Positions 15,701-30,239 of a stretch of 64,000 nucleotides of DNA are shown piece after piece. The stretch is from the NCBI GenBank assembly GCA_964016885.1, contig OZ024742.1:11718001-11782000 (forward strand). The letters run 5' to 3'. Origin of the DNA: Eledone cirrhosa. Its lineage: Eukaryota. The notes beneath the pieces are model-generated. The model had not been told where the DNA came from. It made no database searches and saw nothing but the letters and a program-made list of their open reading frames with translations. A program made the position numbers and the translations under genes. Every line of letters begins with the position of its first letter. The first letter of the stretch is position 1.

Positions 15701-18700
15701 ATTCCAGAACGTTAATTCCAGAAAGTTATTTCCAGAACATTAATTCCAGTACGTTAATTCAGAGAACGTTAATTCCAGAACGTTAATTCCGGAAAGTTAT
15801 TTCCATATCATTAATATCAAGACGTTAATTCCAGAACGTTTATTCCAGAACGTTAATTCCAGAACGTTAATTCGAGAACATTTATTCCAGAACGTTAATT
15901 CCAGAACGTTAATTCCAGAACGTTAATTCCAGAGCGTTAATTCCAGAACGTTTTTGCCAGAACGTTAATTCCAGAACGTTAATTCCAGAAAGTTAATTCC
16001 AGAACGTTTATTCCAGAACGTTAATTCCAGAACGTTAATTCCAGAACATTAATTCCAGAACGTTAATTCCAGAACGTTAATTCAAGAACGTTAATTCCAG
16101 AACGTTGATTCCAGAACGTTAATTCCAGAAAGTTAATTTTAGAACGTTAATTCCAGAACGTTTATTCCAGAACGTTAATTGCAGAACGTTAATTCCAGAA
16201 CGTTAATTCCAGAAAGTTAATTCCAGAACTTTAATTCCAGAACATTTATTCCAGAACGTTAATTCCAGATCGTCAATTCCAGAACGTTAATACCAGAACG
16301 TTAATTCCAGATCGTTAATCCCAGTACGTTAATTCCAGAACATTAATTCCAGAACGTTAATTCCAGAGCGTTAATTCCAGAGCGTTAATTCCAGAACGTT
16401 TATGTCAAAACGTTAATTCCAGAACGTTAATTCCAGAACGTTTATGCCAGATCGTAAATTGCAGAAGGTTAATTACAGCACGTTAAATCCAGAACGTTAA
16501 TTCCAGAACGTTAATTCCAGAAAATTAATTCCAGAACGGTAATTCCAGAACGTCAATTCCAAAATTTATTCCCAGAATGTTAATTCCAGAAAGTTAATTC
16601 CAGAACGTTAATTCCAGAGAGTTAATTCTAGAACGTTAAGTCCAGAACGTTAATTCCAGAACGTTATTTCCAGAACGTTAATTCCAGAACATTAATTCCA
16701 GAACATTAATTCCAGAACGTTAATTCCAGAACGTTAATTCCAGAACGGTAATTGCTGAACGTTAATTCCAGAACGTTAATTCCAGAAAGTTAATTCTAGA
16801 ACGTTAAGTCCAGAACGTTAATTCCAGAACGTTTACTCGAGAACGTTAATTCCAGAACGTTAATTCCGGAACGTTAATTCCAGAACGTTAATTCCAGAAC
16901 GTTAATTCCAGAACCTAAATTCCAGAAAGGTAATTCCAGAACGTTAATTCCAGAACGTTAATTCCAGAAGATTCATTCAAAAACGTTAATTCCAGAAAGT
17001 TAATTCCAGAATGTTAATTCCAGAACGTGAATTCCAGAAGGTTAATTCCAGAAAGTTAATTCAGAACGTTAATTCCAGAAAGTTAATTCCAGAACGTTAA
17101 TTCGAGAAAGTAATTTCCAGAACGTTAATTCCAGAACGTTAATTCCATAAATTAATTCCAGAAAGTTAATTCCAGATCGTTAATTCCAGAAAGTTATTTC
17201 CAGAACGTTAATTCCAGAACGTTAATTCCAGAACGATAATTCCAGAATGTTAATTCCAGAACCTTAATTCCAGAATGTTAATTCCATAACGTTAATTCCG
17301 GAACATTAATTCCAGAACGTTTATTCCAGAACGTTAATTCCGGAACGTTAATTCCAGAACGTTAATTCCAGAACGTTAATTCCGGAATGTTAATTCCAGA
17401 ATATTAATTCCAGAATGTTAATTCCAGAACGTTAATTCCAGAAAGTTAATTCCAGAACGTTAATTACAGAACGCTAATTTCAGAACGTTAATTCCAGAAC
17501 GTCAATTCAAGAATATTAATTCCAGAAAGTTAATTAAGAACGTTATTTCCAGAAAGTTAATTCCAGAAGGTTAATTCCAGAACGTTAATTCCAGAAAGTT
17601 AATTCCAGAACGTTAATTACAGAACGGTAATTTCAGAACGTTAATTCCAGAACGTTAATTCAAGAATATTAATTCCAGAAAGTTAATTCAGAATGTTATT
17701 TCCAGAAAGTTAATTCCAGAACGTTAATTCCAGAACGTTATTTCCAGAAAGTTAATTCCAGAACGTTAATTACAGACCGTTAATTCCAGAACCTTAATTA
17801 CAGAACCTTAATTCCAGAACGTTAATTCCAGAACGTTTATTCCATAACCTTATTTCCAGAACACTAATTCCAGAACGTTAATTCTAGAACGTTTATTCCG
17901 GAACGTTAATTCCAGAACGTTCATTCCAGAACGTTAATTCCAGAAAGTTCATTCCAGAACGGTAATTCCAGGACGGTAAGTCCATAACGGTAATTCCAGA
18001 ACCTTAATTGCAGAACGTTAACTCCAATACGTTAATTCCAGAAAGTTAATTTTCCAGAACGTTAATTCCAGAACGATAATTTCAAAACGTTAATTCCAGA
18101 ACGTTAATTCCAGAAAGTTAAGTCCAGAAAGTTATTTCCAGAAGATTAATTTCAGAACGTTAATTCCAGAAAGTTAATTCCAGAACGTTAATTCCACAAC
18201 GTTAATGCCAAAACGTTAATTCCAGAAAGTTATTTTCAGATCATTAATTTCATAACGTTAATCCCAGAACATTTATTCCAGAACGTTAATTCCAGAATGT
18301 TTATTCTAGAACGTTAATACCAGAAAGCTAATTCCAGAACGTTAATTCCAGAACGTTAATTCCAGAACGTTAATTCCAGAAGGTTAATTGCAGAACATTA
18401 ATTCCATCCCGTTAATTCCTGAACGTTAATTCCACAACGTTAATTCGAGAAAGTTAATTCCAGAACGTTAATTCCGGTAAGTTAATTGCTGAAAGTTGAT
18501 TCTAGAAGGTTAATTCCAGAACGTTAATTCCAGAACGTTAATTCCAGAGAGTTAATTCTAGAACGTTTATTCCAGAAAGTTAATTCCAGAAAGTTAATTC
18601 CTGAGCGTTAATTCCAAAACTTTCATTCCAAAAAGTTAATTACAGAACGTTAATTCCAGAACATTAATTCCAGAACTTTAATTCCAGAACGTTAATTCCA

Positions 18701-21700
18701 GGACGTTAATTCCGAACCATTAATTCCAGAACGTTTATTCCAGAACGTTAATTCCGGAACGTTAATTCCAGAACGTTAATTAAAGAACGTTAATTCCAGA
18801 ATGTTAATTCCAGAATATTAATTCCAGAACGTTAATTCTAGAACGTTAATTCCAGAGTGTTAATTCCAGAAGGTTAATTCAAGAACGTTAATTCCAGAAA
18901 GTTAATTCCAGAATGTTAATTACAGAACGGTAATTTCAGAACGTTAATTCTATAACGTTAACTCAAGAATATTAATTCCAGAAAGTTAATTCCAGAACGT
19001 TATTTCCAGAACGTTAATTCCAGAATGTTAATTCCAGAACGTTAATTCCAGAACGTTATTTCCAGAAAGTTAATTCCAGAACGTTAATTCCAGACCGTTA
19101 ATTCCAGAACATTAATTACAGAACCTTAATTCGAGATCGTTAATTCCAGAACGTTAATTCCATAACGTTAATTCCAGAACACTAATTCCAGAACGTTAAT
19201 TCCAGAACGTTAAATTCCGGAACATTAATTCCAGAACGTTAATTCCAGAAAGTAAATTCCAGAACATTAATTCCAGAACGTTAATGCCAAAACGTTTATT
19301 CCAGAAAGTTATTTTCAGATCAATAATTTCAGAACGATAATTCCAGAACATTTATTCCAGAACGTTAATTCCAGAACGTTAATTCTAAAACGCAATACCA
19401 GAAAGTTAATTCCAGAACGTTAATTCCAAAAAGTTACTTCCACAACGTTAATTCCAGAACGTTAATTCCAGAAACTTAATTCCAGAAAGTTAATTCCAGA
19501 ACGTTAATTCCAGAAAGTTAATTCCAGAACGTTAATTCCAGAACGTTAATTCCAGAACGTTAATTCCACAAAGTTATTTCCAGAACATTAATTCCAGTAC
19601 GTTAATTCCAGAACGTTAATTCCAGAACGTTAATTCCAGAACGTTATTTCCAGAACATTAATTCCAGAACGGTAATTCCAGAACGTTAATTCCAAAATTT
19701 ATTACCAGAATGTTAATTCCAGAAAGTTCATTCCAGAACGTTTATTCCCGAACATTAATTCCAGAACATTAATTCCAGAACGTTAATCCCAGAACGTTAA
19801 TTCCAGAACGGTAATTGCTGAACGTGAATTCCAGAACGTTAATTCCAGAAAGTTAATTCTAGAACATTAAGTCCAGAACGTTAATTCCAGAACGTTTACT
19901 AGAGAACGTTAATTCCAGAACGTTAATTCCGGAACGTTAATTCCAGAACGTTAATTCCAGAATGTTAATTCCAGAACCTAAATTCCAGAAAGTTAATTCC
20001 AGAACGTTACTTCCAGAACGTTAATTCCAGAAGATTCATTCAAAAATGTTAATTCCAGAACATTAATTCCAGAAAGTTAATTCCAGAACGTTAATTCCAT
20101 AACGTTAATTCCAGAAAGTTATTTCCAGAACGTTAATTCCAGAACGTTAATTCCATAAATTAATTCCAGAAAGTTAATTCCAGAACGTTAATTCCAGAAA
20201 GTTATTTCCAGAACGTTAATTCCAGAACGTTAATTCCAGAAAGTTAATTCCAGAACGTTAATTCCAGAAAGTTAATTCCAGAACGTTAATTCCAGAACGT
20301 TAATTCCAGAACGTTAAGTCCAGAAAGTTATTTCCGGAACATTAATTCCAGTACGTTAATTCCAGAACGTTAACTCCAGAACGTTAATTCCGGAAAGTTA
20401 TTTCCAGATCAATAATTTCAGAACGTTAATTCCAGAACGTTTATTCCAGAACGTTAATTCCAGAAAGTTATTTCCAGAACATTAATTTCAGAACATTAAT
20501 TCCAGAACGCTAATTCCAGAACATTAATTCCAGAACGTTAATTCGAGAACGTTAATTCCATCACGTTAATTCCAGAACATTAATTCCAGTACGTTAATTC
20601 AGAGAACGTTAATTACAGAACGTTAATTCCGGAAAGTTATTTCCAGATCAATAATTTCAGAACGTTAATTCCAGAACGTTTATTCCAGAACGTTCATTCC
20701 AGAACGTTAATTCCAGAACGTTAATTCCAGAACGTTAATTCCAGTACGTTAATTCCAGAACATTTATTCCAGAACGTTAATTCCAGAACGTTAATTCCAG
20801 AAAGTTAATTCCAGAACGTTAATTCCAGAGCATTTATTCCAGAACGTTAAATCCAGAAAGTTAATTCCAGAACGTTAATTCCAGAACATTTATTCCAGAA
20901 CGTTAATTCCAGAACGTTAATTCCAGAATGTTTATGCCAGAACGTTAATTCCAAAACGTTAATTTCAAAACTTTAATTCCATAAAGATATTTTCAGATCA
21001 TTAAATTCAGAACGTTAATTCCAGAACGTTAATTCCAGAAAGTTAATTCCAGTAGGTTAATTCATGAACGTTAATTCCAGAAAGTCAATTCCAGAATGTT
21101 AATTCCAGAGCGTTAATTCCAGAAAGTTAATTCCAGAACGTTAGTTCCGGAAAGTTATTTCCAGATCATTAATTTCAGAACGTTAATTCCAGAACGTTTA
21201 TTCCAGAACGGTAATTCCAGAACGTTAATTCCAGAAAGTTATTTCCAGAACATTAATTTCAGAACATTAATTCCAGAACGTTAATTCCAGAACATTAATT
21301 CCAGAACGTTAATTCGAGAACGTTAATTCCATCACGTTAATTCTAGAACATTAATTCCAGAACGTTAATTCCAGAACGTTAATTCCAGAATGTTAATACC
21401 AGAACGTTAATTCCAGAAAGTTAATTCCAGAAAGTTAATTCCAGAACGTTAATTCCAGAAAGTTATTTCCAGAACATTAATTCCAGTACGTTAATTCAGA
21501 GAACGTTAATTCCAGAACGTTAATTCCGGAAAGTTATTTCCAGATCATTAATTTCAGAACGTTAATTCCAGAACGTTTATTCCAGAACGTTAATTCCAGA
21601 ACGTTAATTCCAGAACGTTAATTCCAGAACGTTAATTCCAGAACGTTAATTCCAGAACATTTATTCCAGAACGTTAATTCCAGAACGTTAATTCCAGAAA

Positions 21701-22282
21701 GTTAATTCCAGAACGTTAATTCCAGAACATTTATTCCAGAACGTTAATTCCAGAACATTAATTCCAGAATGTTTATGCCAGAACGTTAATTCCAAAACGT
21801 TAATTCTAAAACTTTAATTCCATAAAGATATTTTCAGATCATTAAATTCAGAACGTTAATTCCAGAACGTTAATTCCAGAACGTTAATTCCAGAAAGTTA
21901 ATTCCAGTAGGTTAATTCATGAACGTTAATTCCAGAAAGTCAATTCCAGAATGTTAATTCCAGAACGTTAATTCCAGAAAGTTAATTCCAGAATGTTAAT
22001 TCCAGAAAGATAATTCCAGAACGTTAATTCCAGAAAGTTATTTCCAGAACATTAATTCCAGTACGTTAATTCAGAGAACGTTAATTCCAGAACGTTAATT
22101 CCGGAAAGTTATTTCCAGATCATTAATTTCAGAACGTTAATTCCAGAACGTTTATTCCAGAACGTTAATTCCAGAACGTTAATTCCAGAAAGTTAATTCA
22201 GAACGTTAATTCCAGAAAGTTAATTCCAGGACGTTAATTCCAGAACGTTAATTCCAGAACGTTAATTCCAGAACGTTAATTC

Positions 22283-24410
22283 CATAACGTTAATTCCAAA
22301 ACCTTAATTCCAGAATGTCAATTCCAGAATGTTAATTCCAGAATGTTAATTCCAGAAGGTTAATTCCAGAAAGTTAATTCCTGAGCGTTAATTCCAAAAC
22401 TTTCATTCCAAAAAGTTAATTACAGAACGTTAATTCCAGAACATTAATTCCAGAACTTTAATTCCAGAACGTTAATTCCATGACGTTAATTCCGAAACAT
22501 TAATTCCAGAACGTTTATTCCAGAACGTTAATTAAAGAACGTTAATTCCAGAATGTTAATTCCAGAATATTAATTCCAGAACGTTAATTCTAGAACGTTA
22601 ATGCAAGAGAGTTAATTCCAGAAGGTTAATTCAAGAACGTTAATTCCAGAAAGTTAATTCCAGAACGTTAATTCCACAACGTTAATGCCAAAACGTTAAT
22701 TCCAGAAAGTTATTTTCAGATCATTAATTTCATAACGTTAATTCCAGAACATTTATTCCAGAACGTTAATTCCAGAATGTTTATTCTAGAACGTTAATAC
22801 CAGAAAGCTAATTCCAGAACGTTAATTCCAGAACGTTAATTCCAGAACGTTACTTCCAGAAGGTTAATTGCAGAACATTAATTCCATCCCGTTAATTCCT
22901 GAACGTTAATTCCAGAACGTTTATTCCAGAACATTAATTTCAGAACGTTAATTCCAGAACGATAATTTCAGAAACGTTAATTCCAGAAAGTTAATTCCTG
23001 AACGTTAATTCCAGAACCTAAATTCCAGAACGTTAATTCCAGAACGTTAATTCCATAGCGTTAATTCCAGAACATTAATTCCAGAACGTTAATTCCAGAA
23101 CGTTAAATCCGGAACGTTAATTCCAGAACGTTTATTCCAGAGCGTTAATTCCAGAACTTTTTTGCCAGAACGTTAATTACAGAGCGTTAATTTCAGAACG
23201 TTAATTTCAGAACGTTAATTCTAGAATGTTAATTCCAGAACGTTATTTACGGAGCGTTAATTCCAGAAAGATAATTCCAGAACGTTAATTCCACAACGTT
23301 AATTCGAGAAAGTTAATTCCAGAACGTTAATTCCGGTAAGTTAATTGCAGAAAGTTGATTCTAGAAGGTTAATTCCAGAACGTTAATTCCAGAACGTTAA
23401 TTCCAGAACGTTAATACCAGAACGTTAATTCCAGAACGTTAATTCCAGAAAGTTAATTTTAGAACGTTAATTCCAGAACGTTTATTCCAGAACGTTAATT
23501 GCAGAACGTTAATTCCAGAATGTCAATTCCAGAATGTTAATTCCAGAATGTTAATTCCAGAAGGTTAATTCGAGAAAGATAATTCTACAACGTTAATTCC
23601 AGAACGTTAATTCAAGAAAGATAATTCTAGAACGTTAAATCCAGAACGTTAATTCCAGAACGTTTATTCCAGAACGTTAATTCCTGAACATTAATTCCAG
23701 AACGGTAATTCCAGTACGTTAATTCCAGAACGTTAATTCCGGAACGTTAATTCCAGAACATTAATTCCGGAACGTTAATTCAGGAACGTTAATTCGAGAA
23801 CGTTAATTCCAGAACGTTAATTCCAGTACGTTAATTCCAGAACGTTAATTCCAGAAAGTTAATTCCAGAACGGTAATTACAGAACGTTAATTCCAGAAAG
23901 TTATTTCGAGAAAATTAATTTCAGAACGTTAATTCCAGAACGTTAATTCCAGAACATTAATTCCAGAACGTTAATTCCAGAACGTTAATTCCATAACCTT
24001 AATAGCAGAACATTAATTCCGGAGCGTTAATTCCAGAACGTTAATTCCACAACGTTAATTCAAGAACGTTTATGTCAGAACGTTATTTCCAGAAAGTTAT
24101 TTCCAGAACATTTATTCCAGTACGTTAATTGCAGAACGTTTATTCCAGAACGTTAATACCAGAACGTTAATTCCAGAACGTTAATTCCGGAAAGTTATTT
24201 TCAGATCATTAATTTCAGAAAGTTATTTCCAGAATGTTTATTCCAGAACGTTAATTCCAGAACGTTAATTCCAGAAAGTTATTTCCAGAACATTAATTTC
24301 AGAACATTAATTCCAGAACGTTAATTCCAGAACATTAATTCCAGAACGTTAATTACAGAACGTTAATTTCCATAACGTTAATTCTAGAACATTAATTCCA
24401 GAACGTTAAT
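22283..24410. repeat. ~2.1-kb direct duplication of satellite block ~12790-15030 with whole-monomer deletions
   Basis: ataacgttaattccaaaacc at 12791/22284 (offset 9493) and atagcagaac at 14621/24002 (offset 9381); the 112-bp difference equals 8 monomers. Confidence 0.85.
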
Positions 24411-27400
24411 TCATGAACGTTAATTCCAGAAAGTCAATTCCAGAATGTTAATTCCAGAGCGTTAATTCCAGAAAGTTAATTCCAGAACGTTAATTCCGGA
24501 AAGTTATTTCCAGATAATTAATTTCAGAACGTTAATTCCAGAACGTTTATTCCAGAACGGTAATTCCAGAACGTTAATTCCAGAAAGTTATTTCCAGAAC
24601 ATTAATTTCAGAACATTAATTCCAGAACGTTAATTCCAGAACATTAATTCCAGAACGTTAATTCGAGAACGTTAATTCCATCACGTTAATTCTAGAACAT
24701 TAATTCCAGAACGTTAATTCCAGAACGTTAATTCCAGAATGTTAATACCAGAACGTTAATTCCAGAACGTTAATTCCAGAAAGTTAATTCCAGAACGTTA
24801 ATTCCAGAAAGTTATTTCCAGAACATTAATTCCAGTACGTTAATTCAGAGAACGTTAATTCCAGAACGTTAATTCCGGAAAGTTATTTCCAGATCATTAA
24901 TTTCAGAACGTTAATTCCAGAACGTTTATTCCAGAACGTTAATTCCAGAACGTTAATTCCAGAACGTTAATTCCAGAGCGTTAATTCCAGAACGTTAATT
25001 CCAGAACATTTATTCCAGAACGTTAATTCCAGAACGTTAATTCCAGAAAGTTAATTCCAGAACGTTAATTCCAGAACATTTATTCCAGAACGTTAATTCC
25101 AGAACATTAATTCCAGAATGTTTATGCCAGAACGTTAATTCCAAAACGTTAATTCTAAAACTTTAATTCCATAAAGATATTTTCAGATCATTAAATTCAG
25201 AACGTTAATTCCAGAACGTTAATTCCAGAACGTTAATTCCAGAAAGTTAATTCCAGTAGGTTAATTCATGAACGTTAATTCCAGAAAGTCAATTCCAGAA
25301 TGTTAATTCCAGAACGTTAATTCCAGAAAGTTAATTCCAGAATGTTAATTCCAGAAAGATAATTCCAGAACGTTAATTCCGGAAAGTTATTTCCAGATCA
25401 TTAATTTCAGAACGTTAATTCCAGAACGTTTATTCCAGAACGTTAATTCCAGAACGTTAATTCCAGAAAGTTAATTCAGAACGTTAATTCCAGAAAGTTA
25501 ATTCCAGGACGTTAATTCCAGAACGTTAATTCCAGAAAGTTAATTCCAGAACGTTAATTCCAGAACATTAATTCCAGAACGTTAATTCGAGAACGTTAAT
25601 TCCATCACGTTAATTCTAGAACATTAATTCCAGAACGTTAATGCCAGAACGTTAATTCCAGAACGTTAATACCAGAACGTTAATTCCAGAACGTTAATTC
25701 CAGAAAGTTAATTCCAGAACGTTAATTCCAGAAAGTTAATTCCAGAACATTAATTCCAGTACGTTAATTCAGAGAACATTAATTACAGAACGTTAATTCC
25801 GGAAAGTTATTTCCAGATCAATAATTTCAGAACGTTAATTCCAGAACGTTTATTCCAGAACGTTAATTTCAGAACGTTAATTCCAGAACGCTAATTCCAG
25901 AACGTTAATTCCAGAACGTTAATTCCAGAACATTTATTCCAGAACGTTAATTCCAGAACGTTAATTCCAGAAAGTTAATTCCAGAACGTTAATTCCAGAG
26001 CATTTATTCCAGAACGTTAATTCCAGAAAGTTAATTCCAGAACGTTAATTCCAGAACATTTATTCCAGAACGTTAATTCCAGAACGTTAATTCCAGAATG
26101 TTTATGCCAGAACGTTAATTCCAAAACGTTAATTCCAGAACGTTTATTCCAGAACGTTAATTCCAGAACGTTAATTCCAGAAAGTTAATTCCAGTAGGTT
26201 AATTCATGAACGTTAATTCCAGAAAGTCAATTCCAGAATGTTAATTCCAGAGCGTTAATTCCAGAAAGTTAATTCCAGAACGTTAATTCCGGAAAGTTAT
26301 TTCCAGATCATTAATTTCAGAACGTTAATCCCAGAACGTTTATTCCAGAACGGTAATTCCAGAACGTTAATTCCAGAAAGTTATTTCCAGAACATTAATT
26401 TCAGAACATTAATTCCAGAACGTTAATTCCAGAACATTAATTCCAGAACGTTAATTCGAGAACGTTAATTCCATCACGTTAATTCTAGAACATTAATTCC
26501 ACAACGTTAATTCAAGAACGTTAATTCCAGAACGTTAATACCAGAACGTTAATTCCAGAACGTTAATTCCAGAAAGTTAATTCCAGAACGTTAATTCCAG
26601 AAAGTTATTTCCAGAACATTAATTCCAGTACGTTAATTCAGAGAACATTAATTCCAGAACGTTAATTCCGGAAAGTTATTTCCAGATCATTAATTTCAGA
26701 ACGTTAATTCCAGAACGTTTATTCCAGAACGTTAATTCCAGAAAGTTAATTCCAGTAGGTTAATTCATGAACGTTAATTCCAGAAAGTCAATTCCAGAAC
26801 GTTAATTCCAGAACGTTAATTCCAGAACGTTAATTCCAGAACGTTAATTCCAGAACATTTATTCCAGAACGTTAATTCCAGAACGTTAATTCCAGAAAGT
26901 TAATTCCAGAACGTTAATTCCAGAACATTTATTCCAGAACGTTAATTCCAGAACGTTAATTCCAGAATGTTTATGCCAGAACGTTAATTCCAAAACGTTA
27001 ATTCCAAAACTTTAATTCCATAAAGATATTTTCAGATCATTAAATTCAGAACGTTAATTCCAGAACGTTAATTCCAGAATGTTAATTCCAGAATGTTAAT
27101 TCCAGAACGTTAATTCCAGAAAGTTAATTCCAGAACGTTAATTCCAGAAAGTTAATTCCAGAACGTTAATTCCAGAAAGTTATTTCCAGAACATTAATTC
27201 CAGTACGTTAATTCAGAGAACGTTAATTCCAGAACGTTAATTCCGGAAAGTTATTTCCAGATCATTAATTTCAGAACGTTAATTCCAGAACGTTTATTCC
27301 AGAACGTTAATTCCAGAACGTTAATTCCAGAACGTTAATTCCAGAACGTTTATTCCAGAACGTTAATTCCTGAACGTTAATTCCAGAACGGTAATTCCAG

Positions 27401-30239
27401 AACGTTAATTCCATAACGTTAATTCCAGAACGTTAATTCCAGAACGTTTATGCCAGAACGTTAATTCCAGAACGTTAATTCCAGTACGTTAATTCCAGAA
27501 CGTTAATTCCAGAACGTTAATTCCAGAAAGTTAATTCCAGAACGTTAATTCCAGAAAGTTATTTCCAGAACATTAATTCCAGTACGTTAATTCAGAGAAC
27601 GTTAATTCCAGAACGTTAATTCCGGAAAGTTATTTCCAGATCATTAATTTCAGAACGTTAATTCCAGAACGTTTATTCCAGAACGTTAATTCCAGAACGT
27701 TAATTCCAGAACGTTAATTCCAGAACGTTTATTCCAGAACGTTAATTCCTGAACGTTAATTCCAGAACGGTAATTCCAGAACGTTAATTCCATAACGTTA
27801 ATTCCAGAACGTTAATTCCAGAACGTTTATGCCAGAACGTTAATTCCAGAACGTTAATTCCAGTACGTTAATTCCAGAACGTTAATTCCAGAAAGTTAAT
27901 TCCAGAAGGTTAATTACAGAACGTTAATTCCAGAAAGTTATTTCGAGAACATTAATTTCAGAACATATAATTCCAGAACGTTAATTCCAGAACATTAATT
28001 CCAGAACGTTAATTCCAGAACGTTAATTCCATAACGTTAATTCCAGAACATTAATTCCGGAGCGTTAATTCCAGATCGTTAATTCCACAACGTTAATTCA
28101 AGAACGTTTATGCCAGAACGTTAATTCCAGAAAGTTATTTCCAGAACATTAATTCCAGTACGTTAATTCCAGAACGTTTATTCCAGAACGTTAATTCCAG
28201 AACATTAATTCCAAAACGTTAATTCCAAAAAGTTAATTCCAGAACATTAATTCCAGAACGTTAATGCCAAAACGTTTATTCCAGAAAGTTATTTTCAGAT
28301 CATTAATTTCAGAACGTTAATTCCAGAACATTTATTCAAGAACGTTAATTCCAGAACGTTAATTCTAAAACGTTAATACCAGAAAGTTAATTCCAGAACG
28401 TTAATTCCAGAAACTTAATTCCAGAAACTTAATTCCAGAAAGTTAATTCCAGAACGTTAATTCCAGAAAGTTAATTCCAGAACGTTAATTCCAGAACGTT
28501 AATTCCAGAACGTTAATTCCAGAAAGTTAATTCCAGAACGTTTATGCCAAAACGTTAATTCCAGAACGGAAATTCCAGAGCATTAATTCCAGAACGTTAA
28601 TTCCAGAACGTTAATACCAGAACGTTAATTCCAGAACGTTATTTCCAGAAAATTAATTCCAGAACGTTAATTCCAGAAGGTTAATTCCAGAACGTTAATT
28701 CCGGAAAGTTATTTCCAGATCATTAATTTCAGAACGTTAATTCCAGAACGTTTATTCCAGAACGTTAATTCCAGAACGTTAATTCCAGAAAGTTATTTCC
28801 AGAACATTAATTTCAGAACATTAATTCCAGAACTTTAATTCCAGAACATTAATTCCAGAACGTTAATTCGAGAACGTTAATTCCATCACGTTAATTCTAG
28901 AACATTAATTCCAGAATTTTAATTCCAGAACGTTAATTCCAGAACGTTAATACCAGAACGTTAATTCCAGAACGTTAATTCCAGAAAATTAATTCCAGAA
29001 CGTTAATTCCAGAAAGTTATTTCCAGAACATTAATTCCAGTACGTTAATTCAGAGAACGTTAATTCCAGAACGTTAATTCCGGATAGTTATTTCCAGATC
29101 ATTAATTCCAGAACGTTTATTCCAGAACGTTTATTCCAGAACGTTAATTCCAGAACGTTAATTCCAGAACGTTAATTCCAGAACGTTAATTCCAGAACAT
29201 TTATTCCAGAACGTTAATTCCAGAACGTTAATTCCAGAATGTTTATGCCAGAACGTTAATTCCAAAACGTTAATTCCAAAACTTTAATTCCATAAAGATA
29301 TTTTCAGATCATTAAATTCAGAACGTTAATTCCAGAACGTTAATTCCAGAACGTTAATTCCAGAAAATTAATTCCAGTAGGTTAATTCATGAACGTTAAT
29401 TCCAGATAGTCAATTCCAGAATGTTAATTCCAGAACGTTAATTCCAGAACGTTAATTCCAGAAAGTTATTTCCAGAACATTAATTCCAGTAAGTTAATTC
29501 AGAGAACGTTAATTCCAGAACGTTAATTCCGGAAAGTTATTTCCAGATCATTAATTTCAGAACGTTAATTCCAGAACGTTTATTCCAGAACGTTAATTCT
29601 AGAACGTTAATTCCAGAACGTTTATTCCAGAACGTTAATTCCTGAACGTTAATTCCAGAACGGTAATTCCAGAACGTTAATTCCATAATGTTAATTCCAG
29701 AACGTTTATGCCAGAACGTTAATTCCAGAACGTTAATTCCAGTACGTTAATTCCAGAACGTTAATTCCAGAAAGTTAATTCCAGAACGTTAATTACAGAA
29801 CGTTAATTCCAGAAAGTTATTTCGAGAACATTAATTTCAGAACGTTAATTCCAGAACATTAATTCCAGAACGTTAATTCCAGAACGTTAATTCAATAACG
29901 TTAATTCCAGAACATTAATTTCGGAGCGTTAATTCCAGATCGTTAATTCCACAACGTTAATTCAAGAACGTTTATGCCAGAATGTTAATTCCAGAAAGTT
30001 ATTTCCAGAACATTAATTCCAGTACGTTAATTCCAGAACGTTTATTCCAGAACGTTAATTCCAGAAAATTAATTCCAGAACGTTAATTCCAAAAAGTTAA
30101 TTCCAGAACATTAATTCCAGAACGTTAATGCCAAAACGTTTATTCCAGAAAGTTATTTTCTGATCATTAATTTCAGAACGTTAATTCCAGAACATTTATT
30201 CAAGAACGTTAATTCCATAACGTTAATTCTAAAACGTTA

